Below are positions 11,787 through 22,078 of a DNA stretch of 64,000 nucleotides, piece after piece. The DNA is from Diplonema japonicum. Its lineage: Eukaryota; Protista; Euglenozoa: Diplonemea. Under the pieces are notes generated by a model. That model was not told the origin of the DNA, ran no database searches, and saw only the letters and a list, made by a program, of their open reading frames with translations. The number at the start of each line of letters is the position of its first letter. The stretch's first letter is position 1. A program made the position numbers and the translations under genes. The stretch covers positions 62,001 through 126,000 of the forward strand of contig OZ025728.1 of NCBI GenBank assembly GCA_964019335.1, in the 5' to 3' direction.

Positions 11787-14700
11787 CCCCCCGGACTGAC
11801 ACGTCTGCCCGTGTCTTGACGTCCGGGAGCGCTTACAGGACTTCATTAATTATCAATTCATTTTCCCAACTACTCGCATTGTTTGTGAGAGTAACGTGCA
11901 GCAAAAAAGCTCGGGGCTACAAGGGTAGGGTGCTATGCGCTCCATCTAAGGATGGAAGCGTCATCGAGCCTTTCGCAAAAAAAAAAGAGAGACATTTAAG
12001 GGTACCTGCGGTATGTGGCAGGACGCCTGAAGAGTCTCAATCTATCTCTTGATCGAACCTTTCTGCTGTGGTGTGGCCTTCGGCCCCTCGTTCGCCCTCC
12101 TCGGTACCTTAGGTATAAAACCCTCAACCGAGTTGGTAAGGACACAATAGTTGTACAGTTGTTTCTCAAGGATGTGGCGGGTCGCCGGGGAGGCGAATAC
12201 CGGTCTAGAGGAGTAGCCCCTTATGGAGCCGTTGTAGTAACCCAACGTGCGTAGGGAGTGGACAGAGGCTACCGAAGCAGCTGGAATGAGGGGCGCTGTG
12301 CGCTTATTGGTGTGGATGTGTTCTAGTGCCGCTATCACCCGGCCTATGACACGCGCGCTCTCCTGGATGTCCTCACCCTCTCCACAAGGCGAGAGTCCCT
12401 CTGTGGCAATGAAGTCCACGGCCAGCTCAAGCCTGGAGACCTGTCCACCTGTTGTGCCCCAGTGAAGGGCCGAGAGCCATCGGATGACGTGCGGGAATAG
12501 CCGCGGGAGGTACTGTTGCCTCAAACCGTTGTCGTAGTACCACCTCAGTGACCGCGGCTTGAGCAAACACCCCTTCTCGAAGGGCCTGTTCCACAAGTGA
12601 ACACTGAAGTCCACAGTCTTCTGTCGTGCAAAGGCGAGTTGCAAGTTGCCAGTAATCTCCGCCATCATTAGCTGTAACTCAGCTGTTTCCAGCACGAGCC
12701 CCCCCGTCGCAATGCCATGCAGTTGTGTGCACCGGGGCCACTGGTTACGTTGTGCGCATAGTGCCGCCCGCTTCCCGGATGCTGTCCTGATGTGCTCGTG
12801 CGCCTGGCAGTCCCAGAGGGTGTGCTCCAGGAGCCTTGATGTATGTTGCGAAACGTCGAAAGTAGCGTCGCATCCCATGCACTTCGTCCGCCCCCCGACC
12901 GTGTCATTGATGACCTTGGGGTGGAATGGGAAAGCGGCCCCCACTATCACCTGTAACACCCTTCGAGCTTTGGGCGGATTGCGAGTCGCCAGGTGTAAGT
13001 GTAGCCCGTTGGTGGCCTTCTCGTCGATGTTGCCAGTCCCCTGAAACGAGGGTCTGCTCTCTTCTAGGGCCGTTCGCAGGTGGACCTTCAGGAGCTTCCT
13101 GACCTCGTGCTTCAGGGCCCTTGGCTCCAGGGGTACCCATTGCCGCGCGAACTGCGCCCAGCTGGACCCCAGTTCCCCCAGCAGTTCGTGGGTCTGTCCG
13201 AGCATCCCGCAAGGGCCGAGGGGGCTCCCGCCCCGGGCGGCTTCCTTGTACTTGTCCCTGCACGCTTTAACGAGTGCCCTGGACCCTTCGTCGCTTTGCA
13301 TCATTCGCGCAAACGTCGTGATTCTGCGGTATGTGGCTGCTGAATAAGGGTCCAGCCTGTGACCTTTGAAAGCCACCCCAAGGAGGGCTCCCGATGAGCG
13401 AGTCGGGTTGTGTGGGCCCCATATGCAAGAGGTAATCTTCTTCCTGAGGGAGTCCAGAAGCGAGTCCGTGGGCGGTGTAGAGCACTCCGTAGAGCGCCGC
13501 TGGATGCAGTCCTCTATCAGTAGAGCCTTACGCGATCTCGTGATGTGGGTTACCGCGAGCCTGTCGACCGCATCCAGCGCCGTGGCAAACCTAGTGTTCT
13601 TCGTTCGGGTGGGCTGCAAGCACACTGTGCACCCCAGCATAGTAATGCTTTTCACTGTATCAAATACGGTGTCTCCCATTGCCAGCTTGCCTCTGTATCC
13701 CTTCTTGGTGCTGAAGGCCTTTGTTTTCCCCGGGTGTACCGACATGTTCGTCAGGCGGCAGAGCTCGTCAAGCAGGAGAATGGAACTCTGGACCGCCCTC
13801 TCCGAGATCCTAGAGAAGAGGTATAGGTCGTCTGCGTAGGAGATGGGTAGGACTTCTGGGGATGTAGCGACGCATCGCCTGGTGTAGGCAGCGAGGATGG
13901 CATTGATGAAGACGGGCGAGATAGGGCACCCCTGGAGGATCCCATTTGTGGTGCGGAACACCTCCCCTACCCCCGCCTGGAAGCGCAGACGTCGGTCGAG
14001 GTTGGCGTACATGGATCTCAGTGGTCTTAGGATGTTCTCGGACATGCCCAGTCTCTCCGCCAGGTCGAACGTTAATGTGACAGGGATGGAGTCGAAACAC
14101 TTCCTGAAGTCCACTGACAGACCATACAGAGGTTCCGCCCCCTGTCGGGCATTTTCCACTTGCGCACACACTTTGAAGAGTAGGTCATCCACACCGTGTT
14201 TTGGTCTAAATCCGTGCTGTGTCGGAGTGATCCACCGTTCCTGCCACTCGAGAATGGCTGGAAGCCTGGCGCACGCCCAAAGGCGGTAGAAGGCACTAGA
14301 AACCGTGATCGGGCGATGATCCAGGGGTTCCTCCGACTCAGATTTCGGGATCATCGTGATCAGGGCAGTCAGGATGGCCTGTGGCCACACGCCGGTCGTC
14401 TCGATCCAGTCAAAGAGGAACAAGAAACCATTGAGGAGCTCCGGGGGTAGGTGTGCTAGCTCACTCAGCCTCCATCCGTCTACCCCCGCACAGTGTTGCC
14501 GCTGTTTCTTGTGGAGGGCCTTTTGCAGTTGAGCAAAGGTGAGTTCCGTGGTGGTCATCGAACAGTGCGGGATATATCCCCCGAAGAATTTCACGAACTC
14601 TTCAGTAGCCGGCTCTGGTCTGTCCTTGTACATCTGGAACACAGGACTCCATGCCTCCCTGAACGCGCGGTCGATCTCGCCAAGGTTGGTGCGGAGCCTC

Positions 14701-14798
14701 CCGTCAGCCGTCCGGACCGCCAGTAGCTCTCTCGACTGTTTGCCCTGCACCAGCCCTGCTATGGTCCGTCGATGCTTCGCAAAGTGGTGTTCCATTCC
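11787..14798 (-). mobile_element. 5'-truncated non-LTR retrotransposon (3012 bp) with a 14-bp target-site duplication
   Basis: AAAAAAAAAAACTC is identical at 11773-11786 and 14799-14812. The element contains the RT ORF and a ~255-nt 3' UTR that ends in a stem-loop plus oligo(G), with no poly(A) tail. Confidence 0.9.
12042..14795 (-). CDS. Non-LTR reverse transcriptase with a C-terminal Zn-knuckle; N-terminal endonuclease absent
   Basis: 917 aa with no stops. Motifs AGVDGW, IPK, HRPITV, QHGFRP, VDFRKCFDSI, GILQGCPISP, SYADD and CMGC..HTLWDC. Confidence 0.95.
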   Translation of the reverse strand: MEHHFAKHRRTIAGLVQGKQSRELLAVRTADGRLRTNLGEIDRAFREAWSPVFQMYKDRPEPATEEFVKFFGGYIPHCSMTTTELTFAQLQKALHKKQRQHCAGVDGWRLSELAHLPPELLNGFLFLFDWIETTGVWPQAILTALITMIPKSESEEPLDHRPITVSSAFYRLWACARLPAILEWQERWITPTQHGFRPKHGVDDLLFKVCAQVENARQGAEPLYGLSVDFRKCFDSIPVTLTFDLAERLGMSENILRPLRSMYANLDRRLRFQAGVGEVFRTTNGILQGCPISPVFINAILAAYTRRCVATSPEVLPISYADDLYLFSRISERAVQSSILLLDELCRLTNMSVHPGKTKAFSTKKGYRGKLAMGDTVFDTVKSITMLGCTVCLQPTRTKNTRFATALDAVDRLAVTHITRSRKALLIEDCIQRRSTECSTPPTDSLLDSLRKKITSCIWGPHNPTRSSGALLGVAFKGHRLDPYSAATYRRITTFARMMQSDEGSRALVKACRDKYKEAARGGSPLGPCGMLGQTHELLGELGSSWAQFARQWVPLEPRALKHEVRKLLKVHLRTALEESRPSFQGTGNIDEKATNGLHLHLATRNPPKARRVLQVIVGAAFPFHPKVINDTVGGRTKCMGCDATFDVSQHTSRLLEHTLWDCQAHEHIRTASGKRAALCAQRNQWPRCTQLHGIATGGLVLETAELQLMMAEITGNLQLAFARQKTVDFSVHLWNRPFEKGCLLKPRSLRWYYDNGLRQQYLPRLFPHVIRWLSALHWGTTGGQVSRLELAVDFIATEGLSPCGEGEDIQESARVIGRVIAALEHIHTNKRTAPLIPAASVASVHSLRTLGYYNGSIRGYSSRPVFASPATRHILEKQLYNYCVLTNSVEGFIPKVPRRANEGPKATPQQKGSIKR

Positions 14799-14809
14799 AA
14801 AAAAAAAAA

Positions 14810-14840
14810 CTCAATAAAGATTTCAGTGGGCAGCCCACTG
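14810..14840. promoter_or_regulatory. Recurring intergenic hairpin motif (copy 1 of 3; others at 26364-26401 and 35101-35134)
   Basis: Consensus on +: A-tract, CTCRATAA(A)GATTTC, AGTG.GCA-loop-(T)GC.CACT. This copy contains the inverted repeat CAGTGGGC-A-GCCCACTG. On the transcribed minus strand each copy is followed by a pyrimidine tract. Function is unknown. Confidence 0.55.
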
Positions 14841-15160
14841 TTCATTTAGAAAAGTATAAAAAGCCTTAGACCGACAAATGTCTGAGTTTATTTTGGACAT
14901 TTTCTCATTTTCATAGTTTTCTTTTTTTTTTTCCTGGGAAGAAGAAAAAAAGGAGGAAGGAATAACTTACGAACAGAGACTGATGGTGGGAAAGGGCGCC
15001 TTCTCGTTTTTTTTTTTTTTTTTCCTTCTCTTTTTTTCTCCCCCCCCCTCCCTGCACACACCAGCACAAAAAAAAAAAATCTAAAGGCATATTACAAAAA
15101 ATATGCGTACAAAAAGGGTTTTCAGAAAAACGAACAAAAAAAAAATGTAAAAATACACAA

Positions 15161-16960
15161 CTAACGGGTAGCCGAACTCCTCTTCCACGCCAAGCGGGAA
15201 GCAACAGGGGTGCTGGACCTACTGGGCTTACTGTTGATGATAGAAGGGGTGGGCTGCTGCGATGGCATTTGCTGCAAGTGCTTTCTAGTACCCTTCAGGT
15301 AAGGACTCGGCTTGGAGAAGGGGCCTGTGTTGAAGGGAGCTCGGGAAGCGGAACTAGACCTCCGTTTCGAAGTAGGTCTCTCAGCCTCTGACACAGACAG
15401 ATGTGTCAGCTCACGTTCAAGTTCTTCCTTCTCTCTGGTTTCTCTGGCAAGCTTCCCTTTGGCGGCTTTGTACTTCTTGCTGAGATGGTCCATTTGAAGT
15501 TTTTTTTCTTCGAGCTCACTTTGCAACCTTGTCTCACCAACTGGTTCCTTCCCCATGGAGAACATTTTGCTTAGATGCGACTCAATCTTCGACAGGATGT
15601 CTTGATCCAACATATTTTCTTTCGCCACGAAACTTCCATTCTCCGGACCCTCACACTGCACGCTAATACCACTGGTGTCCAAAGGAAGGGAAGGGTGCTT
15701 GCTTACCGCGGTCGTGTCCAGCATTTTTTTCGAAACCTGAACCTCGCGAAGCGCGTTTTCTAAGTTCTCAACCCTAGCTTGCCAGCATTGCCGTTCCTCT
15801 GAACGGGAGGTGGCATCGGCCGCTAGGCGTTCTTCCAACTGCGAGATCATCGACGAGAGGCCTTGCTTCAAGGTGTTGAACGCAACGGATTTCTCTTTAA
15901 CCTCGGATTCTAATCGAAGCCGTTCGGAATGCCAGATTTCCCGTTGTGCGGCGAGGGTGGATTCGTCCTTGGTGGTGGTGTTGTTGAGCTGTGAGCGAAG
16001 CTCGGTGATGTGGACATCCCTCTCGTTCAGCTGTGATTTCAGCGCGTCGCACAGCGACTCCCTCTGTTTCTGCTGTTGGAGAAGAGTTTTAACGACGCCT
16101 TGAAGCTTTATAACCTCTTGATTTGCAGTTTGTTCCACGTTTTTAACCGTTTTAAGATGTTCCTTAGTTGTCATTGTCGACCGTTCCGCCTCCTGTTTCA
16201 ACAGGGTGTCCAGTTGGTGAACCTCGCTGTCTCTTGTCTTTTGCATTCGTTTTATTTCTTCGTTCCGGTCGTCGAGTTGAGCCATGAGTGATACGACGCG
16301 TGCTTCCAGGACACCGATTCGAGTTGAGTCAGATTCCTGTTGAGTTTGAGCGGTTGTTGCCTTGGAAAGCTCTTTTGTGAGTTGTTCTACTTTACCGTCT
16401 AATTCGTTGATGTACTCTGATTGAGATTGTAGGGTGACTGATGCTGTTTTGATGGCGAGATCTTGTTGAGCAATGCGGTCTGCGGCTGACGTGGACTCCG
16501 TATTGGTGTGTGTTATTTTTGTTTTAAGCGTTTCGACTTCTTGGTTTAGCATGTCGATTTCTTCTTTTTGCTTGAGACGTGATTTTTCGTCTTCTAAGGC
16601 GGAGGTTTTGTCGAGGAGTTTTCTTGCGGCTGCTGCTTCGTGTTCAGCTTCCATTCGCTTGGCTTGTTCCGTTCGGAGTTCCATTTCCCATTTTCGAATG
16701 TCGAGATCATATTGGGTTCGGAGCTGTTTTTCTTTTGTGGTGTAGGCTTGTCTGAGCTGGTCTTTCATGCTTTCAAAGTCGTCCTTTACCTCCTGCATGC
16801 ACCGCGTGCTGGTTTCCTTGTTCTCTTCGTACGCATCTTGCCAGAGGTCTCCCCGAAGAGCTTGTTTTTCAGCATTTGCTCTCAGGATGGAAATATCCTT
16901 CGCTTCGTTGGAAGGAGCGAAGACTGCGTCGGATACATTGAAACTGTTTCGGAGGGACAT
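15161..16960 (-). CDS. Long coiled-coil protein (599 aa), function unknown
   Basis: Heptad-rich E/K/Q/L composition with an S/P-rich tail. The start was reset to the ATG at 16960 (MSLRNSF) because the upstream ORF extension is homopolymer-derived. Confidence 0.85.
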   Translation of the reverse strand: MSLRNSFNVSDAVFAPSNEAKDISILRANAEKQALRGDLWQDAYEENKETSTRCMQEVKDDFESMKDQLRQAYTTKEKQLRTQYDLDIRKWEMELRTEQAKRMEAEHEAAAARKLLDKTSALEDEKSRLKQKEEIDMLNQEVETLKTKITHTNTESTSAADRIAQQDLAIKTASVTLQSQSEYINELDGKVEQLTKELSKATTAQTQQESDSTRIGVLEARVVSLMAQLDDRNEEIKRMQKTRDSEVHQLDTLLKQEAERSTMTTKEHLKTVKNVEQTANQEVIKLQGVVKTLLQQQKQRESLCDALKSQLNERDVHITELRSQLNNTTTKDESTLAAQREIWHSERLRLESEVKEKSVAFNTLKQGLSSMISQLEERLAADATSRSEERQCWQARVENLENALREVQVSKKMLDTTAVSKHPSLPLDTSGISVQCEGPENGSFVAKENMLDQDILSKIESHLSKMFSMGKEPVGETRLQSELEEKKLQMDHLSKKYKAAKGKLARETREKEELERELTHLSVSEAERPTSKRRSSSASRAPFNTGPFSKPSPYLKGTRKHLQQMPSQQPTPSIINSKPSRSSTPVASRLAWKRSSATR

Positions 16961-17528
16961 TCTTTTTTTTTTTTTTTTTTTTTTTCCCTTCTTTTTTTCC
17001 CCTCCCTTTCCCCCTCCCCCCCCTGGGAGGTGAAAACTTTTGAAAACTAAAAACAAAAAAAAAAAAAAAAAAAAAAAATTGTACACACTTTTTAAAAAAA
17101 ATACTTCCACCTCTTTTCCTGGTGTCTGCTGTGTTAGATAATGACAATGGAAAATGAAATAAAGAAGGGGGCGCATTTTCTTTTTTTAGGGGGTAAAAAA
17201 AAAGGGGGGGTGGGGTAATCGTAAAAAAGAAAAAGAAAGAAGAAAAAAAAAAAGAGAGCTGGGCTTTGTTGTTTACAGCCGGGTAGAAGGAGTAAACCCA
17301 ATTCTGCCACCACTACTCTATTCTTTTTTTTTAAAAAAAAAAAAAAAAAACAAATAACAATTTTTAAGGGAAAAAAAAAATGAAACGGTTGGTCATTTTT
17401 CTTTTTCTTCTCCTTTGTATGAGGGGAAAAAAAAAATAAGGAAAAAAAAAAAAAAAAAAGTACCTTCCCCCGTTTCTCCCCTCCCCCATTTTTTTTTTTT
17501 TTTTTTTTCCATCTTCCAGTTTTTTCTT

Positions 17529-17581
17529 CTACTTAAGTTCCAGCTTGTAAGGTGTCTTGGCAAGATCCCAAACTTTAACCT

Positions 17582-17612
<31 letters not shown>

Positions 17613-19206
17613 CCCCATTTCATCTTCCAACCAAACATACCTTAGGATCGTTAACAGCGGTAGTGGTAAGAATGCTCTTGTTTGTGAAGTAAAGCGTGTT
17701 AAGAGGCCCGAGCCCAGGGTGAGCGTCGGTAATCTCCCCAAGAATGGTGGCCGTCTTGCTGTCGATCCTGTAGAAAACCAACGACGTGTCGGGCGTCGCA
17801 AGAACAAGAATCTTATTGTTAGGCGAGAAGGCCGCATGCGTGAAATACGTGTAGTCCGTGTCTTCAAACGCTTGGAGCAACTTCGGCTCCTCCCTGAGAT
17901 GCCACCTTACGTTAATGTTCCACACACGCACACCACCGTCTTTAGAACACGAAGCCGCACGACTTCCATCTTGCGAGAACCCTACACATGTTGTATTCAG
18001 CTTGTGCCCGGTGAGGGTCATAACGTGTTTCATTGAACCATAATCAACACCACTAGTAAGGGCGCCCTTTGTTCTGATATGTGTTCTGGACACGCAGTAA
18101 CCAAATGTCCCGTCTCGCCAATCCACCGTGTATGTACCGTCAGAGTCTTGTTCCGAGATGACCGCTGGGTAGAAGGATTTGCTTGCTGTGTCAAAAACGT
18201 CCACCTCAATACCCTTTCCAAGCGGGCCTTCGTGTGTTGTTGATTTTGACGCTGACAAAACGGATGTTAGCCGCACGGAGCTTGTCATCGTGGCGGCTAG
18301 GCCGAACAGGTTCCCGGCTGAGGTGAATGTCCATTGTTTCACGCTTCCTTGGGGGATAAGTAATGTGTCAATGGTCGCACCGCGTCTGTCCATGACTGTG
18401 ACGGCACCCTTGTCGTCGAGGAGCATGACGTACCCTCCGCCCTGTCCTACGTGGATTGTCTTTACTGTCATGAAGGGTGAGGGTGCCTCCCAGATCGGGG
18501 TTAGAACGGGTTTCCCCTTTAGATCGACGGCGTAGACCCTTATCTTTGTTTCGTTGTCAAGGAACACGGCGAGGCACTTCCCTAAGGAGTCCAAGGCGCA
18601 TGCTGTGATGGTCGCCTTGTCGATCCTGACCACTTGCCCGTCGTTTGACGTTCCCAGCGTGCTTGCGTCCATTATTTTGTACACTCTGTCGGTCGATCCG
18701 ATAAACATTAATGGGGATTCGGGGTTGGTGCTGATCGCGGTGCAGGCGATTGGTGTTTTAAATCCCTTCACAACCCCGAAGTTTGTGGTGTGGTTCTCTA
18801 CCCTGACTCCATCACGGGGGATGACGTCGAATTCCGGTGCCGCCGCGGGGCGGGAAGGTGCTGCCGGCTCGTGGTGCTGCTTTTGGGTTGAATGCCTCTG
18901 GTGGAACTTCGGTCCGCCCTTCCCGCTTTTTGTCGGCTTCTTGTCTGCGGTTTTTTGCTGAGCGGGTTCTTCGCTGGCTGGCACGGGTTTAGCTGTTGTT
19001 TGTACCTCGACCCTCTCTACTGTACCGTGAGGGTTGACCGCCTTCATCAGTGCACTCCCGATGCCCCACAGTACCGCGTACACCACTCTCAGAGCCACAA
19101 GCCCTGCTAATATTGTGCCCACACCCACGAGCTTAAGCATCGTTGCGTCATCGATATCCCCGATGTCCAGGCCCATGGCCTTGAGCTTGCCTACTAGCTC
19201 GTCCAT
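17529..19206 (-). CDS. Membrane-anchored WD40 protein (TBL2-like) with an inserted Tudor/Agenet-like module; exons 19206-17641 and 17579-17529
   Basis: N-terminal TM helix and WD blades (LTGHKLNTTCVGFSQDGSRAASCSKDGGVRVWN). Splicing out 17580-17640 restores the last blade: AVNDPK|VKVWDLAKTPYKLELK*. Confidence 0.85.
17580..17640 (-). other. 61-nt GT-AG intron with an A30 tract before the acceptor
   Basis: Sequence GTATGTTTGGTTGGAAGATGAAATGGGG-A30-CAG, phase 0. Its removal creates a canonical VKVWD ending. Confidence 0.88.
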
Positions 19207-19414
19207 TTGGTTATATTCTACAGCGGGGGGGTTTATTCTTTTCAAAAAAAAAAAGAGATACTTTTATAAAGAAAGAAAACTGTAACTGTAATGTGAAGGC
19301 GGGGGGGGGGGGGGGGAAATGTCAACAATCAACCCCCCCCCCCCCCCCCCCCCCTCTACCCGAAAAATTATATAAAAAATGTGTTGAGTGTAAACTGTTG
19401 TTTTGTAATAAAAT

Positions 19415-21454
19415 TCAGGTAAACACGTTGTCGCTGCCCACCCACTGCGCCCGCCCACAGAAGGTGTTCTCGTCTCTCAGGACAGACCTCGAGATGTTGA
19501 GGGAGCGCGGGCTCGGGGTAGAGCTGTGCTTCACTAGGTTGACAACATCGAACATGTTGTGCAGCATAGTGGTGTCCGTGACTCTAAGGGTGCCAAGAAC
19601 CGCGAGGTTGTAGTTGTCCCCATACCGGATAGCAACTATGTTTTTGGTGAAGTGGCAGTGGGCCACAGTGGCCGTGTGGGTGGAGGGTGTGTACCCCACT
19701 TCAACTGCCTGTTGGGCATGTGAAATGTTGGTGTTGACAATGGTCACAACCCTCGGCGACGGGATGTGCGACCCGCTGAGAGCGATGCCTTCATGGTGGC
19801 ACCCATCCAAGATGGAGTCTTCTATCCTAAGTAACCCACCAGGGCTTTCTTTTGAAGATGCTGAATCGATGCAATCGTCCTTTGCATCAACAACCACCAG
19901 CCCCTTCACCCCCACCTCACCGCCTCTAAAGTAAAACCCATCATTGTCACCATCCACAAAGTACGGCGTCTCGTTGGGAATGGAACCGATGTACACCTCT
20001 TTCAAGCTTAATGTGCAAAACACGCACTCCCCGCCTTGTTGCACACCTGACACAAATACTTTTTCGAACACGGAGGAGCCTTGCTTCCCTAGACCAAACC
20101 CGGGTCCGTGAAGTTCCATGAGATGCGTGTTTTGTAAGAACAGCTCGCCTACCGACGAAATAAACGGGTGCTCCTTGCGGTGTTTCCCAGTGTTCTTCAG
20201 CCTCGGTTTGACAAACCCCGACCCGGTCGCGATGATCCAGCTGCCTTGCATTTCACCATGAACCTGAAACCCTGAGTAAGGCTCGGTAAGCCTGTTAGGC
20301 ATGATGAGGACGGGAGCTTCCTCAGTCCCTTCTATGATAAGCGTGCCTTTCACAACGATCACAACAGACTTGGAGAGGAGCAACGTGGTGCCTTGAGGAA
20401 TGGTGACGATATCCCCGCTTGGAATTGTTATGTCATTTGTGACCATCACCACACTGTTTAAGGTACCGTGGTAAGGGCCGTCCCATATAACAGTGCGGTC
20501 GGTAGGGTGGAAAGGGGGTTTGGTTAATGTGACAGAAGCGGTTGGGGTTTTGAAACGGTCGAGCGAGGCCGATAGAACACCCTCAATTCCCATCGACAGC
20601 ACGGGGCGGTCGGTGTCGGAGTAGGGCGGGGGCGAGGTGTGGTTCCCGGGGACCACCCAAACCGACCCCACCCCGCGCCGCAACATTATGGTTGTACTCC
20701 GTCCTTGATATTCTCCCGCTACCTTCGTCTCGAGAAACCTGCGTTGAATCTGAAGAGAAAAATCCTCTTTAACCCATGTCCCGTCCACAATTGTATCATG
20801 CGTTTCCACAATAAAAAACACAGGGTAAGGTGTCGAATACGGTAAGAACGACGGTGCCACAGCACGAACCGTTGCATCATTGAAATCACTGTTTACATGT
20901 GCTCTGTTCGATAAGGGTTTGTACAGAGGAACAGCGTACTCAGTGCCCTTCCTCGTCGGGTCTGATACTGCGAAGATGCTGGCCGAGGACAGACACGAGG
21001 AATTGGCTGCGGTTGTCTTCACACACCATCGCCCTGGTTCCTTAAGAGGAATCCCGTTCTCGTTGACGTCGTGCGTACCAATGTTCCCCATAGGGCCTTC
21101 GTACTGTAAGGGCGAATCGGGTAGGAGTACAGACCGCGTGTTGTATATCTTCTTGACACCCTGGACGGGGGTCATCTTGTGGCATCCGTTTAATGTGGGG
21201 GGTTTTGCTATGGGTTCGCTTGGTGCGTCGGTCATTTTTTCTGTTTTTTTTGTGTTTCTCCGGGGATCGTTGTGCTTGTTTGTAGGTCTTTTTATATGCC
21301 GTTTTCTGTGGTCCAGGCTGTTCCCCCGGTCGTTTAAAACCACCGCACCCAGTGCCAGCAGCCCCACACCAATCGCTACTAATGCTACGGCAATGTAGCA
21401 AGCCCGTGCTTGTGTCGCCAGCTTGCTTGGTTTTATGGCATTTTGTATTGTCAT
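19415..21454 (-). CDS. Type II membrane protein with a C-terminal right-handed parallel beta-helix
   Basis: Signal-anchor (YIAVALVAIGVGLLALGAVVL) followed by beta-helix repeats (ITIPSGDIVTIPQGTTL, VKGTLIIEGTEEAPV, DGDNDGFY, KDDCIDS, HEGIALSG). First ATG at 21454. Confidence 0.8.
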   Translation of the reverse strand: MTIQNAIKPSKLATQARACYIAVALVAIGVGLLALGAVVLNDRGNSLDHRKRHIKRPTNKHNDPRRNTKKTEKMTDAPSEPIAKPPTLNGCHKMTPVQGVKKIYNTRSVLLPDSPLQYEGPMGNIGTHDVNENGIPLKEPGRWCVKTTAANSSCLSSASIFAVSDPTRKGTEYAVPLYKPLSNRAHVNSDFNDATVRAVAPSFLPYSTPYPVFFIVETHDTIVDGTWVKEDFSLQIQRRFLETKVAGEYQGRSTTIMLRRGVGSVWVVPGNHTSPPPYSDTDRPVLSMGIEGVLSASLDRFKTPTASVTLTKPPFHPTDRTVIWDGPYHGTLNSVVMVTNDITIPSGDIVTIPQGTTLLLSKSVVIVVKGTLIIEGTEEAPVLIMPNRLTEPYSGFQVHGEMQGSWIIATGSGFVKPRLKNTGKHRKEHPFISSVGELFLQNTHLMELHGPGFGLGKQGSSVFEKVFVSGVQQGGECVFCTLSLKEVYIGSIPNETPYFVDGDNDGFYFRGGEVGVKGLVVVDAKDDCIDSASSKESPGGLLRIEDSILDGCHHEGIALSGSHIPSPRVVTIVNTNISHAQQAVEVGYTPSTHTATVAHCHFTKNIVAIRYGDNYNLAVLGTLRVTDTTMLHNMFDVVNLVKHSSTPSPRSLNISRSVLRDENTFCGRAQWVGSDNVFT

Positions 21455-21653
21455 GACACCTCCCGCCGGCTGTGTGATTTTTCTTTTAAAAAGCAAAAAA
21501 GAAAAAAAAAATATATATCCGTATATTTATTCGGCAGGTCCTTGCAAGAAAGAATGAAAACCGAGCAGGGGTACAGGGGAGAGCGGAGAGAAAAAAGAAG
21601 AAAAAAAAAAAGAAGGAAGAAGCAAAAAAGAAGAGCCGCGGGCCCCTAGAAGA

Positions 21654-21734
21654 AGGGATGGTCAGTACTAGGCATCTCTCAGTTTCGGACATATCTCGCA
21701 ACTCCTCCAGGTGCTGTCCTCTTCAGGCGAGAGG
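21654..21734 (+). repeat. Dispersed repeat C, second copy
   Basis: Closely matches 2661-2741. Confidence 0.85.
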
Positions 21735-22078
21735 CCCTTCAATGGCTCCTACTAGCGTCCCAGCAGGTTTGGAGAGTACCGTTCCCGACCACAAAAAAAA
21801 AAAAGACTTGGAGATAGATAATCAGTCTTTTTTCCTTTTCTTCCTCTTTCTCTTTCTTTCCTTCTTTTTTTTTTTTTTTTTCTTGTTTTTTTTTTTTCTA
21901 ACCATCCTCCACCCTGCTTTCCCCCTTTCTCTATTTAAAGTGGCCCTCTTAACTCTCTTTCTAAATCCAACCAAACCGAAAGGGAAGGCAAAAAAACATA
22001 AAAGAAAAAAAGAAAAAAAAATACACACCCAAGCTAGGAATATTTCTTAGTTTCTCCAAGGGGTAGATCTCCTCAAAA

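Noticed and set aside
14813-14820. CTTTATTG on the minus strand, resembling the 3' end of the spliced leader
   Set aside because: Only 8 nt match and the upstream bases do not follow the leader. It is part of the recurring hairpin motif.
16961-17176. N-terminal ORF extensions (also 46328-46513, 38109-38174, 60417-60479, 19207-19245, 21455-21496)
   Set aside because: They run through UTR-like or homopolymer sequence or start at non-ATG codons, so starts were reset to the downstream ATG.
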